64,000 nt of DNA from Minisyncoccia bacterium (GTDB taxonomy: Bacteria; Patescibacteriota; Minisyncoccia; Phycocordibacterales; UBA5272): the NCBI GenBank assembly GCA_038256975.1, contig JBBSJU010000002.1:65064-129063 (forward strand). The letters are read 5' to 3'. Numbering within the stretch: position 1 is the stretch's first letter; every line of letters begins with the position of its first letter. Shown one piece after another: positions 1-7,892 of this stretch. Below the pieces are notes generated by a model that did no database searches, was not told where the DNA came from, and was given only the letters and a program-made list of their open reading frames with translations. The position numbers were made by a program, and so were the translations under genes.

Positions 1-2
1 CA

Positions 3-896
3 AAAGTTGCCACGAGCGAATCGCTTGCAGCTAAAATTGCTGAATCAAAAGATGAGCAAAAAGTTGAACGGCAAACAAAAGTAAAAATTGATGAGGAGGG
101 AGTTGATTTTCAATCTGTAATTGATGGTTCGTGGCACCGTTTTACTCCTGAGCGAAGTATGCAAATCCAGCATGCACTCGGCGCAGACATATTTTTTGCA
201 TTTGATGAATGCACATCACCCCTTGCGCCTCATGAATATCAAAAGAAAGCAATTGATCGTACCCATAGATGGGCCAAAAGAAGTCTCGATGAGCATCAAA
301 AACTAGGTGCGTCGCATTCAACAGGATTACAGCAAGCACTTTTTGGGGTCGTGCAAGGTGGTTCGTATGAAGATCTTCGTCGTGAATCTGCACGTACACT
401 TGGAGCTATGGATTTCGACGGTTTTGGAATAGGAGGATCATTTACGAAAGACGATATTGGTACTGCAGTGCGCTGGGTGTGCGAGGAACTCCCAGAAGGG
501 AAGCCACGACACTTACTTGGCATTGGTGAACCAATAGATTTTTTTTACGGTATAGAAAATGGTATTGATACTTTTGACTGCGTGTCTCCAACTCGTGTTG
601 CTCGTAATGGTGCGGCATATACATTTGATGGGCGTATAAATCTAAAAAACAAAGAGTACGTAGAGGACATATCTTCAATTGAACCTGAGCTTACAAACTA
701 CACTTCAACATTTACTCGAAGTTATATCGCGCACCTATTGCGTTCAAACGAAATACTTGCCGCGACACTTATTTCAATACACAATCTGCATTTTGTAGTT
801 ACTCTGGTGGCAAAGATTCGGCAGAGTATTTTAGATGGTACTTACACAGAATTCAAAGAGCAATTCCTCAAGCGGTACTATAAGAAAGTTGATTAA
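3..896 (+). CDS. tgt: tRNA-guanine transglycosylase (5' truncated by window edge)
   Basis: Frame open from position 3; motifs FTPERSMQIQHALGADIFFAFDEC, GVVQGG, KPRHLLGIG, GIDTFDCVSPTRVARNG, IHNL. Confidence 0.95.
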   Translation, partial: KVATSESLAAKIAESKDEQKVERQTKVKIDEEGVDFQSVIDGSWHRFTPERSMQIQHALGADIFFAFDECTSPLAPHEYQKKAIDRTHRWAKRSLDEHQKLGASHSTGLQQALFGVVQGGSYEDLRRESARTLGAMDFDGFGIGGSFTKDDIGTAVRWVCEELPEGKPRHLLGIGEPIDFFYGIENGIDTFDCVSPTRVARNGAAYTFDGRINLKNKEYVEDISSIEPELTNYTSTFTRSYIAHLLRSNEILAATLISIHNLHFVVTLVAKIRQSILDGTYTEFKEQFLKRYYKKVD

Positions 897-933
897 GCTT
901 GAATTTTGTGTTATTGTAATAATCTCATAACAG

Positions 934-1212
934 TTGCTGGAGAAGGGTATGATTGGGTGGTATGTTCTTTTTGTTGTCATCGGAGGGATTTCTTTTTGGA
1001 CCCTGTGGTATTTTTGGAGGAAGCCCAAGAAGGCTAGATACAAGAAACCCTTACCTCCTGTGTTTGAGCCGGTGATGGGGCAACCCATCGAAATGGGTGT
1101 GGATCCTTTTCTTCCAAAAAAGAAGACCAATCCTTTTGGGGATTCTCAAATTTTGGACGAGCTCCAGCGAAATCCTCCAGACAGACTGGGTCTTGAACCC
1201 ATCGATGATTGA
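934..1212 (+). CDS. small hypothetical membrane protein (start may be ATG 949)
   Basis: One N-terminal hydrophobic helix followed by a basic, Pro-rich tail; GGAGAAGG upstream of ATG 949; hairpin after the stop. Confidence 0.55.
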   Translation: MLEKGMIGWYVLFVVIGGISFWTLWYFWRKPKKARYKKPLPPVFEPVMGQPIEMGVDPFLPKKKTNPFGDSQILDELQRNPPDRLGLEPIDD

Positions 1213-1219
1213 TTTCCAC

Positions 1220-1260
1220 GACGCGCTCGGGCAACTTCGCTCGGCGCGTTCTTTATTATT
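1220..1260 (+). terminator. intrinsic terminator-like hairpin
   Basis: acgcgc...gcgcgt stem followed by a T-rich tail. Confidence 0.55.
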
Positions 1261-1271
1261 TAAAAATCACA

Positions 1272-1299
1272 TTGACAAAAGCCTATTTTTTGCTATACT
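1272..1299 (+). promoter_or_regulatory. sigma70-type promoter
   Basis: TTGACA-16 nt-TATACT with extended TG. Confidence 0.75.
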
Positions 1300-1304
1300 T
1301 CTCA

Positions 1305-1520
1305 GTGTGAGTGGTGAAAGCTACTCACCAAAAACAAATGAATGTCCGCGTGAGCTCCGCCGCAAGGCGGATTTCGCGTATCCGGGCATTGCTTGACGGT
1401 GTCTTGTAAAAAACTGATTTCTTGTTAGAGTTACAGAAGAGGTTTTGTTTGTTTCTATCCGTGGCTAGCGGCTGCACTCACATTAGGACATTTGTTTTTG
1501 GAGTAGACCCCGCTAGCCTC
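1305..1520 (+). ncRNA. structured non-coding RNA, 6S (ssrS)-like rod candidate or murB leader
   Basis: 1321-1347 complementary to 1486-1506; GAAA and GCAA tetraloop hairpins; apical stem around 1410-1446; no credible ORF. Confidence 0.5.
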
Positions 1521-1522
1521 GA

Positions 1523-2551
1523 ATGGAAATACAGCACGAAGTGTCTCTAAAAGGTCATACGACTTTTAAAACAGGCGGGTTTGCTCGCCTGTTTTGTTGT
1601 GTTACTACGAGAAATGAATTGGAAGGGGCTATAGAGTATGCAGAGATACAAAAGATTCCTTTTTATGTTTTAGGAAGCGGTTCAAATGTTTTAGTAAGTG
1701 AAAAAGGATTTGAGGGACTAGCAATTAAAATTGCGATACAAGGAATTTCTTTTATGGATCATGGCGCTGATACAGTACGTATGTCTGTAGAAGCCGGAAT
1801 GTCTTGGGATGAGTGTGTCCAAGTTGTTGTTGAGCGTGGATTGTACGGACTTGAAAATCTTTCACTTATTCCTGGAACTGTTGGAGCAGCACCAATTCAA
1901 AACATCGGTGCCTACGGAGTCGAGGTGAAAGATTCTATAGAATCAGTTGAGGTTTTTAATATTGAAACAAAATCTTTTGAAACCTTTACAAAAGAAATGT
2001 GCCAATTTGGATATCGAGATAGTCTTTTTAAGAAAAGAGAAGGGAAAAAATATATTGTAGTTGGGGTACGATTTCTTCTCTCTAGAAAAGGAGTACTTAA
2101 AACAGAATACAAAGATGTGCAGAATTATTTTAAAGAAAATGGTGGAGAGGTAACACTTCAATCCGTACGTGATGCAATTATACATATTCGTACTCACAAA
2201 CTGCCAAATCTTGAACTTCTCGGAACTGCTGGTTCGTTTTTCAAAAATCCTGTAGTCAAAAGAGAGGTGATTGAGAATTTGCAAAAAGATTTCCCCCTCA
2301 TTCCTAGCTATCCCACAGAAAAAATTGATTATGTAAAAACCTCCGCCGCTTTTTTGATTGATAAGATTGCTGGTTTAAAAGGTGCACGGGATGGTGATGT
2401 GGGCACGTATCAAAACCAAGCTCTTGTTTTGGTGAATTATGGAAATACTACTGGAGAAGCTGTCCTTGCCTTTGCGCACAAAATTCAAAAAGAGGTTTTA
2501 GAAAAAACAAGAATTGTGATTGAGCCAGAAGTGCAAACACTTGGTTTTTAG
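1523..2551 (+). CDS. murB: UDP-N-acetylenolpyruvoylglucosamine reductase
   Basis: HTTFKTGG, LGSGSNVL, GLENLSLIPGTVGAAPIQNIGAYG, FGYRDS, AGSFFKNP, IEPEV. Confidence 0.95.
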   Translation: MEIQHEVSLKGHTTFKTGGFARLFCCVTTRNELEGAIEYAEIQKIPFYVLGSGSNVLVSEKGFEGLAIKIAIQGISFMDHGADTVRMSVEAGMSWDECVQVVVERGLYGLENLSLIPGTVGAAPIQNIGAYGVEVKDSIESVEVFNIETKSFETFTKEMCQFGYRDSLFKKREGKKYIVVGVRFLLSRKGVLKTEYKDVQNYFKENGGEVTLQSVRDAIIHIRTHKLPNLELLGTAGSFFKNPVVKREVIENLQKDFPLIPSYPTEKIDYVKTSAAFLIDKIAGLKGARDGDVGTYQNQALVLVNYGNTTGEAVLAFAHKIQKEVLEKTRIVIEPEVQTLGF

Positions 2552-2571
2552 TAGATTTCTTTTCTATTATC

Positions 2572-2650
2572 GCACCATTTTTACTCACAGTATTTTTTCT
2601 TTGCCATACCTCGCCCAGCCCAAAGAAAAAACATTGTTCGTTCCTGGTGC
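2572..2650. repeat. imperfect palindromic intergenic element between convergent murB and tsaD
   Basis: gcacca/tggtgc outer stem and ttttttctttg/caaagaaaaaa inner stem. Confidence 0.5.
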
Positions 2651-2661
2651 AACTAAGGTTT

Positions 2662-3840
2662 TTAATTTATTTGAGTCTCTAAAGAAAGTCTGCCATTTGC
2701 ACGTATTGTCTCTGGCATTGAGGCTTGCATAGCATTTTTAATTTTTAGAAGTGCTGTGATTCCAATCATGAGTGCGTTGTCGGTTGATAAGTGTCGTTCT
2801 GGAATGTAGGCATGTACGCCAAGTTCTGCACACAGTGTTTGAATGTGTTCTCGAATGTATGTATTCGCAGACACGCCGCCGCCAATGATAAGTGTTTGTG
2901 CATTTGTATTTTGTAACGCTTTTCTACATTTTGAAATCAGTACTTCAGTAACAGCGTCTTCAAACTCGCGTGCGATTGCTTTTTTATCATCGTCGCTTAG
3001 AATTTTAAGTTTTTGAGTAAGGTAGAGTACCGCTGTCTTTATTCCAGAGAAAGAAAAATGAAGGTCACCCGAATGAATCATGGGACGAGGAAGTACTGGC
3101 ACTCGGTCGTTTACTAGATTTTCAGTACGTGCTTCTGCTGCGAGTTTAGAGATCTTTGGTCCGCCAGGATATTCAAGTCCAAGTAAGCGAGCTACTTTAT
3201 CAAATGCTTCACCAATTGCATCGTCGCGTGTCTCGCCAATTTTTGCATATGTTCCAAATTTTTCTATGTGGATGAGTTCAGTGTGTCCGCCTGAAATAAG
3301 AAGCGCAAGAGCGGGAAATGAGAGGCTCGGCACCGTGTATCCTTCACTATGTTTTTCAAGTACAGAAGAATAAATATGTCCCTCCATGTGGTTTATTGGA
3401 TAGAGTGGAAGGTTCCAGAGAGTGGAAAGCGCTTTGGCAAAATTAATGCCCACCCAAAGCGCAGGTTCAAGCCCAGGTCCGCTGGTTACAGCTATTGCAT
3501 CTACTGCTGGTTTTTGCCATGTTAAAACTTCAGGGAGTGCTTCAAGGAGTTCTGGTTCTTGGGGAAATAGGGAAATGAAAGATTCGGGCATTGCAATAGG
3601 TGTTCGGAGATTTAAAAGCTTGGCTTCGGTTAATGTTGTTTTGAGAAGTGGTACAAGTGCTTTAGCATGTTCTCGTTTAGCAACGGCGGGAAATACACCA
3701 CCATACTCTTTATGCATATCTATTTGTGAAAGCACTTGATTTACAAGTACGGTAAAAGAAAGAGGGGTAGTATTTCCGCTTGATTCGATAATGCTGAGTG
3801 CTGTTTCGTCGCAGCTTGTTTCAATAGCCAAAATTCGCAT
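2662..3840 (-). CDS. tsaD: tRNA N6-adenosine threonylcarbamoyltransferase
   Basis: MRILAIETSCDET, GGVFPAVAKREH, GPGL, NHMEGH, SGGHT, DDAIGEAFDKVAR, TDNALMI. Confidence 0.95.
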   Translation of the reverse strand: MRILAIETSCDETALSIIESSGNTTPLSFTVLVNQVLSQIDMHKEYGGVFPAVAKREHAKALVPLLKTTLTEAKLLNLRTPIAMPESFISLFPQEPELLEALPEVLTWQKPAVDAIAVTSGPGLEPALWVGINFAKALSTLWNLPLYPINHMEGHIYSSVLEKHSEGYTVPSLSFPALALLISGGHTELIHIEKFGTYAKIGETRDDAIGEAFDKVARLLGLEYPGGPKISKLAAEARTENLVNDRVPVLPRPMIHSGDLHFSFSGIKTAVLYLTQKLKILSDDDKKAIAREFEDAVTEVLISKCRKALQNTNAQTLIIGGGVSANTYIREHIQTLCAELGVHAYIPERHLSTDNALMIGITALLKIKNAMQASMPETIRANGRLSLETQIN

Positions 3841-3972
3841 ATGGGTATACTAGCATAGACTTGTTTTAAAATTTATCTAAAAATACAAATAAAAAAACCT
3901 CATAACGCTGCGTTACGGGTTGCTTTTTGCTCGAACTTTTCGAGCGGTATGTTGGATTCTTTAATCAGTAGG

Positions 3973-4008
3973 TGATCGGCGGCCGGATGATCATCCGGCC
4001 GCCGATCA
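3973..4008. repeat. perfect 36-bp GC-rich palindrome
   Basis: tgatcggcggccggatgatcatccggccgccgatca equals its own reverse complement. Confidence 0.9.
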
Positions 4009-4051
4009 ATTGCGAGCTACTTACCATTACTGGTTTTCACCCGCAGTTGCT

Positions 4052-4624
4052 TCAGGACATGCCCTTGGTGGGGATCGGCACGATGCCGACGATGGAGCGG
4101 TTGACCTGCTTGAGCTCGCCGGAGGCCAGGCGCTGGTCGAGGTCGTTGTTCACGGCCAGGAGGAGCTTGGTCTCGTAGGCGAGGCCGCTCGTCTTGTAGT
4201 CGTCGAACGTGACCAGACCGGTCTTCAGAGCGTACGCGTCGATGTCGCCGATGCCGAGCATTGCAGCCTTGTCGGTCACACTGACCACCTCGGTCTCGGC
4301 CAGGCGTTCCGGCGTCGTGACCTTGTGCTTCAGCGCGACTGCCTTCAGCGTGTTGTACTCGGCCTGGTAGCGGACGAGGACCGTCTTGGCGGACGGACCG
4401 AAGAACGTCGCCAGATCGGTGATCGCCTTGATTTCGTCGTTCACCGCGATGGCGACGTTGCTGTCGAGCTTGCCGAAGAGGTTGATGTCCGTGTTCTGGT
4501 TGAAGGTCGTCGCAATCTGCTCGCCACTCACCGTATCGACGGCGACAGCGGCGTTGGCAGCGGTGCCTGCGACAGCCAGCGAGATGGCCATGGCAAGAAC
4601 GATCGTACGGGTGTTCGTCTTCAT
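4052..4624 (-). CDS. secreted hypothetical protein, markedly GC-rich
   Basis: Signal peptide MKTNTRTIVLAMAISLAVAGTAANA; GGAG SD; mostly G/C third codon positions in this frame. Confidence 0.75.
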   Translation of the reverse strand: MKTNTRTIVLAMAISLAVAGTAANAAVAVDTVSGEQIATTFNQNTDINLFGKLDSNVAIAVNDEIKAITDLATFFGPSAKTVLVRYQAEYNTLKAVALKHKVTTPERLAETEVVSVTDKAAMLGIGDIDAYALKTGLVTFDDYKTSGLAYETKLLLAVNNDLDQRLASGELKQVNRSIVGIVPIPTKGMS

Positions 4625-4902
4625 CGGGTATTTCTCCGTTTTGGGTTGGTTGGTGGCGCCAGCATCGCAATCGACTGTGTCGGTTTAGCGAGTAGCAGGG
4701 TAGGTACCTTAAAAAGATACGCACTCTGCTACTCGCTACTGCCTAATTGATTAAGTGAAAGAGCTAAAAATAAAAACGAGCTCACTTGAGCTGTTGAACA
4801 ATATAGCAGGGTACTAAGTTTTTGTCAAACATTTTATGGACAATCCAAAAATCCGTTGTATTTCAAGGATTAATTAGTAAGAATACCGTTTTTATTTGAA
4901 AA

Positions 4903-4936
4903 GAGGGTGTTTCAACTATCTCGTTGAAACACCCTC
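4903..4936 (-). terminator. terminator hairpin
   Basis: gagggtgtttcaac/gttgaaacaccctc 14-bp stem. Confidence 0.7.
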
Positions 4937-4941
4937 GCTTT

Positions 4942-5142
4942 CTATATGATTTCTTGTACATTGACGACTCCGTTGTTTGTAAAAACCTCCACTTGTTGAA
5001 CTAGATCTTCTTCTGTACCAGTAAAGACCAGAAAGAGCCGTTCTGAATCAAGTCTTTGTCCACCGAGCCCAAGTGTTTGAGTGTCTTCGTAAGCACTTAC
5101 ACAATCCGCCCGTGTCTCAAAATAGGCAATAAAAATCTTCAC
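4942..5142 (-). CDS. small hypothetical protein
   Basis: AAAGGAGG SD before GTG; terminator immediately downstream. Confidence 0.6.
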   Translation of the reverse strand: MKIFIAYFETRADCVSAYEDTQTLGLGGQRLDSERLFLVFTGTEEDLVQQVEVFTNNGVVNVQEII

Positions 5143-5221
5143 GACACATCCTCCTTTGGGTTAGCTTAGAAGACCATTCTTATAAGCTAAGAATATAATA
5201 TCACTTATTCAGTTAGAGTAT

Positions 5222-5743
5222 TTACAATTGTGAATCTGTATAAGCATAAGACAGTTTGTTGTATTCATCTGTATGATAAGAGCAAATACCTTTATTATTC
5301 CAAAGTAAGAATTCAGAAATACCTACATCAAGTGCGAATCTGCTACACACGGTGCAATACGGCTCTCCTGACTTTTTTATATTTCCGTCCTTATCAACTC
5401 GAGTGAAATATAATTGAGAACCCTTTAAGTCTTCAGGATTTTTCTTTATTGCATCGAGAATAGCTCTCCATTCTGCGTGCATGCAACAGGTATGATCGTA
5501 TTTTGGTTTTCCTGGAAACTCATAAGTATCCAAGCATGTGCGATTATTCTCGTTATCAAGCGGAGGAGCATTATATCCTTCACCTATAATTTCTCCGTCT
5601 TTTACGATTACCGTTCCACACTTTGCTTTGAGACAAAGAGCTTTCTCGGCGACCTTAGCCGCCTCATTCATCCACTCGATCGCCTGTTCTTCTTCTGTGT
5701 TTTGCAAATATTTCATGGCAGTTTGAATCCCTTTATGGCTCAC
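5222..5743 (-). CDS. CMP/dCMP-type zinc deaminase (ComEB/dCMP deaminase-like)
   Basis: CGTVIVKDGEIIGEGYN, HAE and PYCTVC motifs. Confidence 0.8.
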   Translation of the reverse strand: MSHKGIQTAMKYLQNTEEEQAIEWMNEAAKVAEKALCLKAKCGTVIVKDGEIIGEGYNAPPLDNENNRTCLDTYEFPGKPKYDHTCCMHAEWRAILDAIKKNPEDLKGSQLYFTRVDKDGNIKKSGEPYCTVCSRFALDVGISEFLLWNNKGICSYHTDEYNKLSYAYTDSQL

Positions 5744-5768
5744 TCATTTTATCACTTTCTAAAGCTGC

Positions 5769-5858
5769 TGGCGGAGACGGAGAGATTTGAACTCTCGAAC
5801 AAGTTGCCTCGTTGCTTGTTTTCGAAACAAGTGCCTTCAACCACTCAGCCACGTCTCC
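5769..5858 (-). tRNA. tRNA-Ser(CGA)
   Basis: GGAGACG acceptor, anticodon arm CTTGT-TTCGAAA-ACAAG, long variable arm, GTTCAAATC, encoded CCA. Confidence 0.93.
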
Positions 5859-5925
5859 AAATTCCATATACGTTATAACAGTTTTATTGTCTTTTTTCAA
5901 AAATGTAGTATATTTGGATGTATTC

Positions 5926-5997
5926 GGCCCTATCGTCTAATGGTTAGGACAGCGGGTTTTCAATCCGTCAATCGGAGTTCGACTCTCCGTAGGGTCA
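5926..5997 (+). tRNA. tRNA-Glu(TTC)
   Basis: GGCCCTA...TAGGGTC acceptor, anticodon loop TTTTCAA, GTTCGACTC. Confidence 0.93.
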
Positions 5998-6175
5998 CAT
6001 TAGTATCAATCTTCGAACATATGGTGACGGTCAAGAACGCCTTGCAAAAGCAAGGTGTTCTTGATGTGTGCCTGCCATCACGGTTACCGTGATGGTCGGT
6101 ATCCACAGACACTTGAAGAAAACTCGAATTTCTTTGCTAGGAATGTGTAAGGGTGGTAACCACACCCGCAATCAT

Positions 6176-6370
6176 ATGGAGCAACAACAACCAACACCAC
6201 GGAAGGTACATCTTGAAGCAGAACGCGAACGCGCACGTAGAGCAATCCGTGAAGTCATCGACGGATTCGACTCTGTAGAAAAGACAACGTTCCCACCAAG
6301 ACGTCCTCTCGGAAGAGTCAAGAAGTCAGTACCGGCAGCTCCTCTATGGGATGCTTTGATGAAGCTCTAG
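6176..6370 (+). CDS. small basic hypothetical protein (MEQQQPTPRK...)
   Basis: ATG at 6176 in ORF frame; followed by a strong hairpin at 6390-6434. Confidence 0.45.
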   Translation: MEQQQPTPRKVHLEAERERARRAIREVIDGFDSVEKTTFPPRRPLGRVKKSVPAAPLWDALMKL

Positions 6371-6389
6371 GTGAATTCATTCAGTGATT

Positions 6390-6434
6390 GACCCCGAAGA
6401 AACCCGCGACGTGTGCACGGGTTTCTTCGGGGTC
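6390..6434. terminator. bidirectional terminator-like hairpin
   Basis: gaccccgaagaaacccg/cgggtttcttcggggtc 17-bp stem between convergent genes. Confidence 0.75.
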
Positions 6435-6454
6435 TTTAATAAACACAGAAAACT

Positions 6455-7033
6455 TTAACCAACCTGTCTGACCCAATCTCTGGTAATGCTTTCAATTCGC
6501 TCTTGCTCTAATTCAGGTAAGACGTTCGTATGCATGATGATGTTTCTTGAGAGCTCAAGATCATTAAATCTAGAGTTGACCCACGCTTGATCTGGGAAAA
6601 GATCAGAGAAATCTTCCCAGTTTCCAATTATTATCTGAGCCAGATTTCCGAACATAGTATAATAAATTAAAGATGAAGATGAAGACCTTTGCGTGTGGTA
6701 TTTATTTTTTGCTTCCTTTTCTTTTAAACCACTAGCTGCCTTTTTAACTCTTTCAGGAACACATAAATCCCACCAACCTAAACCTTGCCGCTCTGCTAGC
6801 CGAGTAGATATCAGTTCTCTGGCAGAGTTTTCCAAGCAGAAAAAGGCCACATATACTGACGCCATCTTTTCAGCATCATGGACCAGAACTGGATTAAAGT
6901 CATTTTCTTCAATTCTGGCTAACGGGCTAACATCAACATGTAAACCGATTCCCGTGTTTTCCAGCTTTTTCAACTCGTCTTGTGCTAGAAAACCATCGAA
7001 GACTAACCTTTTAAGGTGGCTTATTTTTTTCAT
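6455..7033 (-). CDS. Swt1-like HEPN domain protein (putative RNase)
   Basis: FFCLENSARELI helix, WW motif, II..NWEDF, and RNIIMH matching the HEPN RxxxxH motif. Confidence 0.8.
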   Translation of the reverse strand: MKKISHLKRLVFDGFLAQDELKKLENTGIGLHVDVSPLARIEENDFNPVLVHDAEKMASVYVAFFCLENSARELISTRLAERQGLGWWDLCVPERVKKAASGLKEKEAKNKYHTQRSSSSSLIYYTMFGNLAQIIIGNWEDFSDLFPDQAWVNSRFNDLELSRNIIMHTNVLPELEQERIESITRDWVRQVG

Positions 7034-7644
7034 TATTCCAATAAGTTATCTCTAATGCTTTTGAAGATAGAATTATAAACACTCACGTCCGTGGTAGCGG
7101 GTAAGTGAATCTGAATGTTGTAATGAAACTCTGCAGGAAGTCCAGAAACAACGAGTGGTTTTTCTTTTCGAATCCCTTCCTCGCTTTCTTTAAAGTCAGT
7201 TTTAATTTCTTTTGGTTGAGGAGAGTCACCAAATTTAGATAATCCAACAAGTGCTTTGAATGTATTGTAATACCGTCCAACAGTCGCCTCATCCTTACCT
7301 GTAATTCGAGAAAATGCCCCCTTTATCTCAACCTCTGATGCCTTATGGATTTCTTGGTCTGTTGCAAATAAATCTTTATATAAATCAATGACTCTTTCGC
7401 CCATTACGTATTGATGTTGAGAGGCATCTTTTAGCCGATCATACGAATCAGTGGGAGTTGCAGCTTCTGTTAGAAAACCTAGTTTCTTTAAAAGAGGAAT
7501 TATGGCTCTATCATTGGAACTACCAAACCCCATTTGCTTAAGAAACTCATTTGTATACTTTATTGGCCTAGCGGCAGCTTTTGCTTTCTGAAAAAAAGCA
7601 GGAAGTCTGTTATTGGAAATAACGTATGGATATGTGTCAGTCAT
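7033..7644 (-). CDS. DUF5343-like protein
   Basis: YPY..., FLKQMGFGSSNDRAIIPLLKKLGFL, TFKALV and C-terminal HYNIQIHLPATTDVSVYNSIFKS; TAATG overlap with the HEPN gene. Confidence 0.75.
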   Translation of the reverse strand: MTDTYPYVISNNRLPAFFQKAKAAARPIKYTNEFLKQMGFGSSNDRAIIPLLKKLGFLTEAATPTDSYDRLKDASQHQYVMGERVIDLYKDLFATDQEIHKASEVEIKGAFSRITGKDEATVGRYYNTFKALVGLSKFGDSPQPKEIKTDFKESEEGIRKEKPLVVSGLPAEFHYNIQIHLPATTDVSVYNSIFKSIRDNLLE

Positions 7645-7892
7645 GTTTTATATTTAGACTTATTATTCTATATAATAATCTTATACCTCATAGCAATATA
7701 AATCAATGAGTCAGATATTATGTCAACTATGGGGTGCTGTCCGGTATTGGATTAGTATTTTCACTATTGGAATCAAGTACTTCACGCACTGCAGTTCGAC
7801 ATCTGTCTCGATTAGGTTCACAAATACAAAAAAGAGCTACGACCACAAAGTGCAAAATGGCGATATAATCAGTATATAGCCTTAATTACGTC

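Noticed and set aside
4010-4750. Long overlapping ORFs 4010..4750 (+) and 4017..4724 (-)
   Set aside because: Shadow frames of the GC-rich gene 4052..4624, which has the SD, signal peptide and G/C third-position bias
5222-5743. Deaminase as the TadA acting on tRNA-Ser(ACT)
   Set aside because: Its C...CG.VIVKD..GYN.P pattern fits dCMP deaminase/ComEB better and TadA's EVPVGA motif is absent; proximity alone is insufficient
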